In this document: one piece after another, positions 29,826 to 32,000 of the stretch | Layout: every line of letters begins with the position of its first letter | Position numbering within the stretch: position 1 is the first letter of the stretch | Source: Candidatus Kuenenia stuttgartensis | GTDB taxonomy: Bacteria > Planctomycetota > Brocadiia > Brocadiales > Brocadiaceae | Assembly: GCF_900232105.1 (NCBI RefSeq) | Contig: NZ_LT934425.1 | Coordinates: 1,200,001 to 1,232,000 of the forward strand | DNA length: 32,000 nt | Direction: 5' to 3' | Notes under the pieces: model-generated | Seen by the model: only the letters and a program-made list of their open reading frames with translations | The model's database searches: none | Told to the model about the DNA's origin: nothing | Program-made: the position numbers and the translations under genes

Positions 29826-29854
29826 TGTAGAGCGAAGCGCCACTTCGCCCTGCA
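29826..29854. repeat. Dispersed palindrome, copy 2: TGTAGAGCGAAGCGCCACTTCGCCCTGCA
   Basis: Same length and core as 13516-13544; an ATTTTGAAAT tail follows both. Confidence 0.7.
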
Positions 29855-29877
29855 ATTTTGAAATTACTAAACATTCC

Positions 29878-29913
29878 ATTCTCGTTTTCAAGCCGGAACT
29901 TGGAAACGAGAAT
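29878..29913. repeat. Hairpin ATTCTCGTTTTCAAG-ccggaa-CTTGGAAACGAGAAT
   Basis: 15-bp arms, 14/15 matches; core related to 16541-16565. Confidence 0.75.
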
Positions 29914-30003
29914 TAAATTAGGTTGGGCTTTTAAAAAACGAAAACCCAACGGCATTCATTTCTACTCACCCCTACCCCTCCCAAGAGGGGAATTTGAAAT
30001 TAC

Positions 30004-31491
30004 TTACCGGTGCGTATTTTTCCCTTCTTTCTTGGAACAATAGAGTGCATTGTCGGCTTTTTTGATTAAATCCTCCATGTCATTGCCGTCTGCCGGATAT
30101 AGACTGATGCCTATGCTGACGGTAATGCCGATTTTGTCATTATTAATCAGGAATTTTTGGGAAAGTAATCCGAGAAGCTTCTTCGCCACATGATTTGCAT
30201 CCTCTCTATGATTAATGTTTGTAAGGATAACCATAAACTCATCTCCCCCAAAGCGGGCAACCGTATCACATTCCCGGACGCATTCCTTCATCCTCACGGC
30301 TGCCTCCTTTAACAGCAAATCTCCCATATGATGCCCGAAGGAATCGTTAACGGCCTTAAAGCCATCCAGGTCAAGCGCCATGACGGCTGCCATCTTCTTA
30401 TTACGTTTTGCCTGAAGGATGGCCATTTCCAGCCGGGCACGAAATAAATTGCGATTGGGGAGGTTGGTAAGGGCATCGTGATATGCCATGTGTTGAATAC
30501 ACGCTTCCGAACGTTTACGTACAATGGCATTGCCTATAATCTCAGAAACAATACGGAGCAGCATTATATCTTGTTCTTTGCAGGAGCAGCCGTTCAAAAT
30601 ATTTTCACAACTAATAAATCCGAATGAATCTTTGTCCGCAAATACCGGAAAGGACAATACGGATTTGACTTCCCGTTTAATCAAAAACTCTTGTTCTGCC
30701 GCTGCTTCTTTTGGCATACGGCACACCTGTGGGATATGAATAACATCGCCCGCACGCAGGTGTTTCATCCACCATGTGAATGCGAAGAAGGAAACGTCCA
30801 TAAATCGACGTCTTTGAGAGGGTATGCCTTCGTTGCACCATTCATAAACATTGTCAGCCATGCCGTTATTCGTACCGGACAGCACAAGGCATACCCTGTC
30901 AACTCCGATCTGCCTGCCAATTTCTCCCTCGCCTATTGTTTGGAGTATTTTTGGAATAGCCTCATCAACAGAAACAGACTCCATCAATATGTTCGACAGT
31001 ATATACAGGATTTCATGCCGCTGTTCATTTTGCTTTTGTATTGTTATATCTTCCTTTATCGCAAAAAAATGTGTTATCATTCCTTCCTCATTCATGAGGG
31101 GAGAAATAGACGCCTTCTCCCAGTAGAAACTGCCGTCTTTTTTCTTATTACAAAACACCCCTTTCCATTTTTTGCCGGAGGTAATTGTTTCCCACAAATG
31201 TTTATACTCTTCGGGAGCAGTCCTGCCGGATTTCAGTATGCGGGGATTTGCCCCTGTAACCTCTTCCCGGGTATAGCCGGTGAGTTCAGTAAATTGCGAA
31301 TTTACATATTCAATAGTTCCCTTTATGTCTGTCACAATTACTGCACATGGGATTTGTTCTATTAACGTGTAAAACATGATACGTTTATCTTTTCTGCCTG
31401 TTACCGCGCTCTGCGTGGCAACAAATTGTTTTGGACGCTCTGAGTCCGGATTATTACTCGAGATACAGGGCATCTGATCCTGCATTCCCAC
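30004..31491 (-). CDS. PAS/PAC-GAF-GGDEF diguanylate cyclase
   Basis: PAS: IPCAVIVTDIKGTIEYVNSQFTELTGYTREEVTGANPRILKSG. GGDEF: HDALTNLPNRNLFRARLE...VARFGGDEFMVIL, with RECD positioned as a canonical inhibitory RxxD site. Confidence 0.9.
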   Translation of the reverse strand: MGMQDQMPCISSNNPDSERPKQFVATQSAVTGRKDKRIMFYTLIEQIPCAVIVTDIKGTIEYVNSQFTELTGYTREEVTGANPRILKSGRTAPEEYKHLWETITSGKKWKGVFCNKKKDGSFYWEKASISPLMNEEGMITHFFAIKEDITIQKQNEQRHEILYILSNILMESVSVDEAIPKILQTIGEGEIGRQIGVDRVCLVLSGTNNGMADNVYEWCNEGIPSQRRRFMDVSFFAFTWWMKHLRAGDVIHIPQVCRMPKEAAAEQEFLIKREVKSVLSFPVFADKDSFGFISCENILNGCSCKEQDIMLLRIVSEIIGNAIVRKRSEACIQHMAYHDALTNLPNRNLFRARLEMAILQAKRNKKMAAVMALDLDGFKAVNDSFGHHMGDLLLKEAAVRMKECVRECDTVARFGGDEFMVILTNINHREDANHVAKKLLGLLSQKFLINNDKIGITVSIGISLYPADGNDMEDLIKKADNALYCSKKEGKNTHR

Positions 31492-31808
31492 GCGAGAGCG
31501 CTGGAACGGGAAAAAACATTACACACTCTTTCGCATTGCTTGTTTTTCGTTGGGCAATGCCCATCCTACTTAACTCACTTTGTTCTGAATGATAAGAAAG
31601 ACGTTGGGTTTTGCCTTTACAACAGACATGCTGGTTACTATTGAGGCGTGTAATCTGAAGGTGGTTACGATAGAGATATGTGCGGAGTGTGAACTTGCCG
31701 AGACGAAGCGTAAAGTTTGTATTGGCTTTCGCTACTGTGATTTGTCCGAACCTAAGAATCTGTGTGCATTCAAATAAATCAAAGGCGGAAAGCGATAGCT
31801 CTGTGCTG

Positions 31809-31837
31809 TATACGGCTGCGCTTCGCGCAGCCGTATA
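31809..31837. repeat. Hairpin TATACGGCTGCG-cttcg-CGCAGCCGTATA
   Basis: Perfect 12-bp arms; the right arm runs into the tandem repeat. Confidence 0.85.
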
Positions 31838-31912
31838 ACCATAGCCGTATAACCATAGCCGTATAACCATAGCCGTATAACCATAGCCGTATAACCATAG
31901 CCGTATAACCAT
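31829..31912. repeat. Tandem repeat, six perfect copies of the 14-mer AGCCGTATAACCAT
   Basis: Counted directly; 84 bp. Confidence 0.95.
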
Positions 31913-32000
31913 AATAGTCATGTAAGAATAAAGCACAGTAATGTCTAAAATCAAAAAAAATCTTACTGTCGAAGGCTGAATAATTCAGCACTTATCGGTA

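Noticed and set aside
31829-31912. CRISPR array
   Set aside because: 14-bp units are directly abutting with no spacers, and no cas genes are present in the window.
31454-31991. ORFs 31454-31954 - and 31779-31991 - with YGYTAMVIRLWL repeats
   Set aside because: The repetitive peptide is only the 14-bp tandem repeat read through in three frames; no supported coding context.

Overview
This accessory, mobile-element-rich window is dominated by minus-strand genes. From left to right it holds: (1) the edge of an IS1634-like transposase. (2) A compact minus-strand cassette (about 431-3776) encoding a zinc-ribbon protein, an HTH + DDE integrase split over two frames, an ExeA/TnsC-like AAA ATPase and a small CHC2-type zinc-finger protein. 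It looks like a multi-gene transposition module whose ends I cannot assign. (3) An IS1380-like transposase that may lack its N-terminus. (4) A rubredoxin/metallo-beta-lactamase gene split by a 1384-bp IS4-family element with an 11-bp target duplication, next to a truncated rubrerythrin start. (5) A decayed REP-associated (Y1) transposase element and a related 141-bp internally deleted MITE-like derivative. (6) An uncharacterised 518-aa protein gene flanked by 9-bp direct repeats at the 5' end of a truncated higB, followed by higA. (7) A secreted protein, a small lipoprotein and a duplicated pair of repeat-containing lipoprotein-like genes. (8) Two MITE-like inverted-repeat structures and a second IS4 copy. 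(9) A giant repetitive secreted/surface protein (reconstructed at about 3690 aa) split by an IS1634-like element with a 6-bp target duplication. (10) A PAS-GAF-GGDEF protein and a hairpin that runs into a 14-bp tandem repeat. The best candidates for something little described are the multi-gene transposition cassette and the 518-aa putatively mobile gene. All family names come from recognising motifs by eye; no searches were run.
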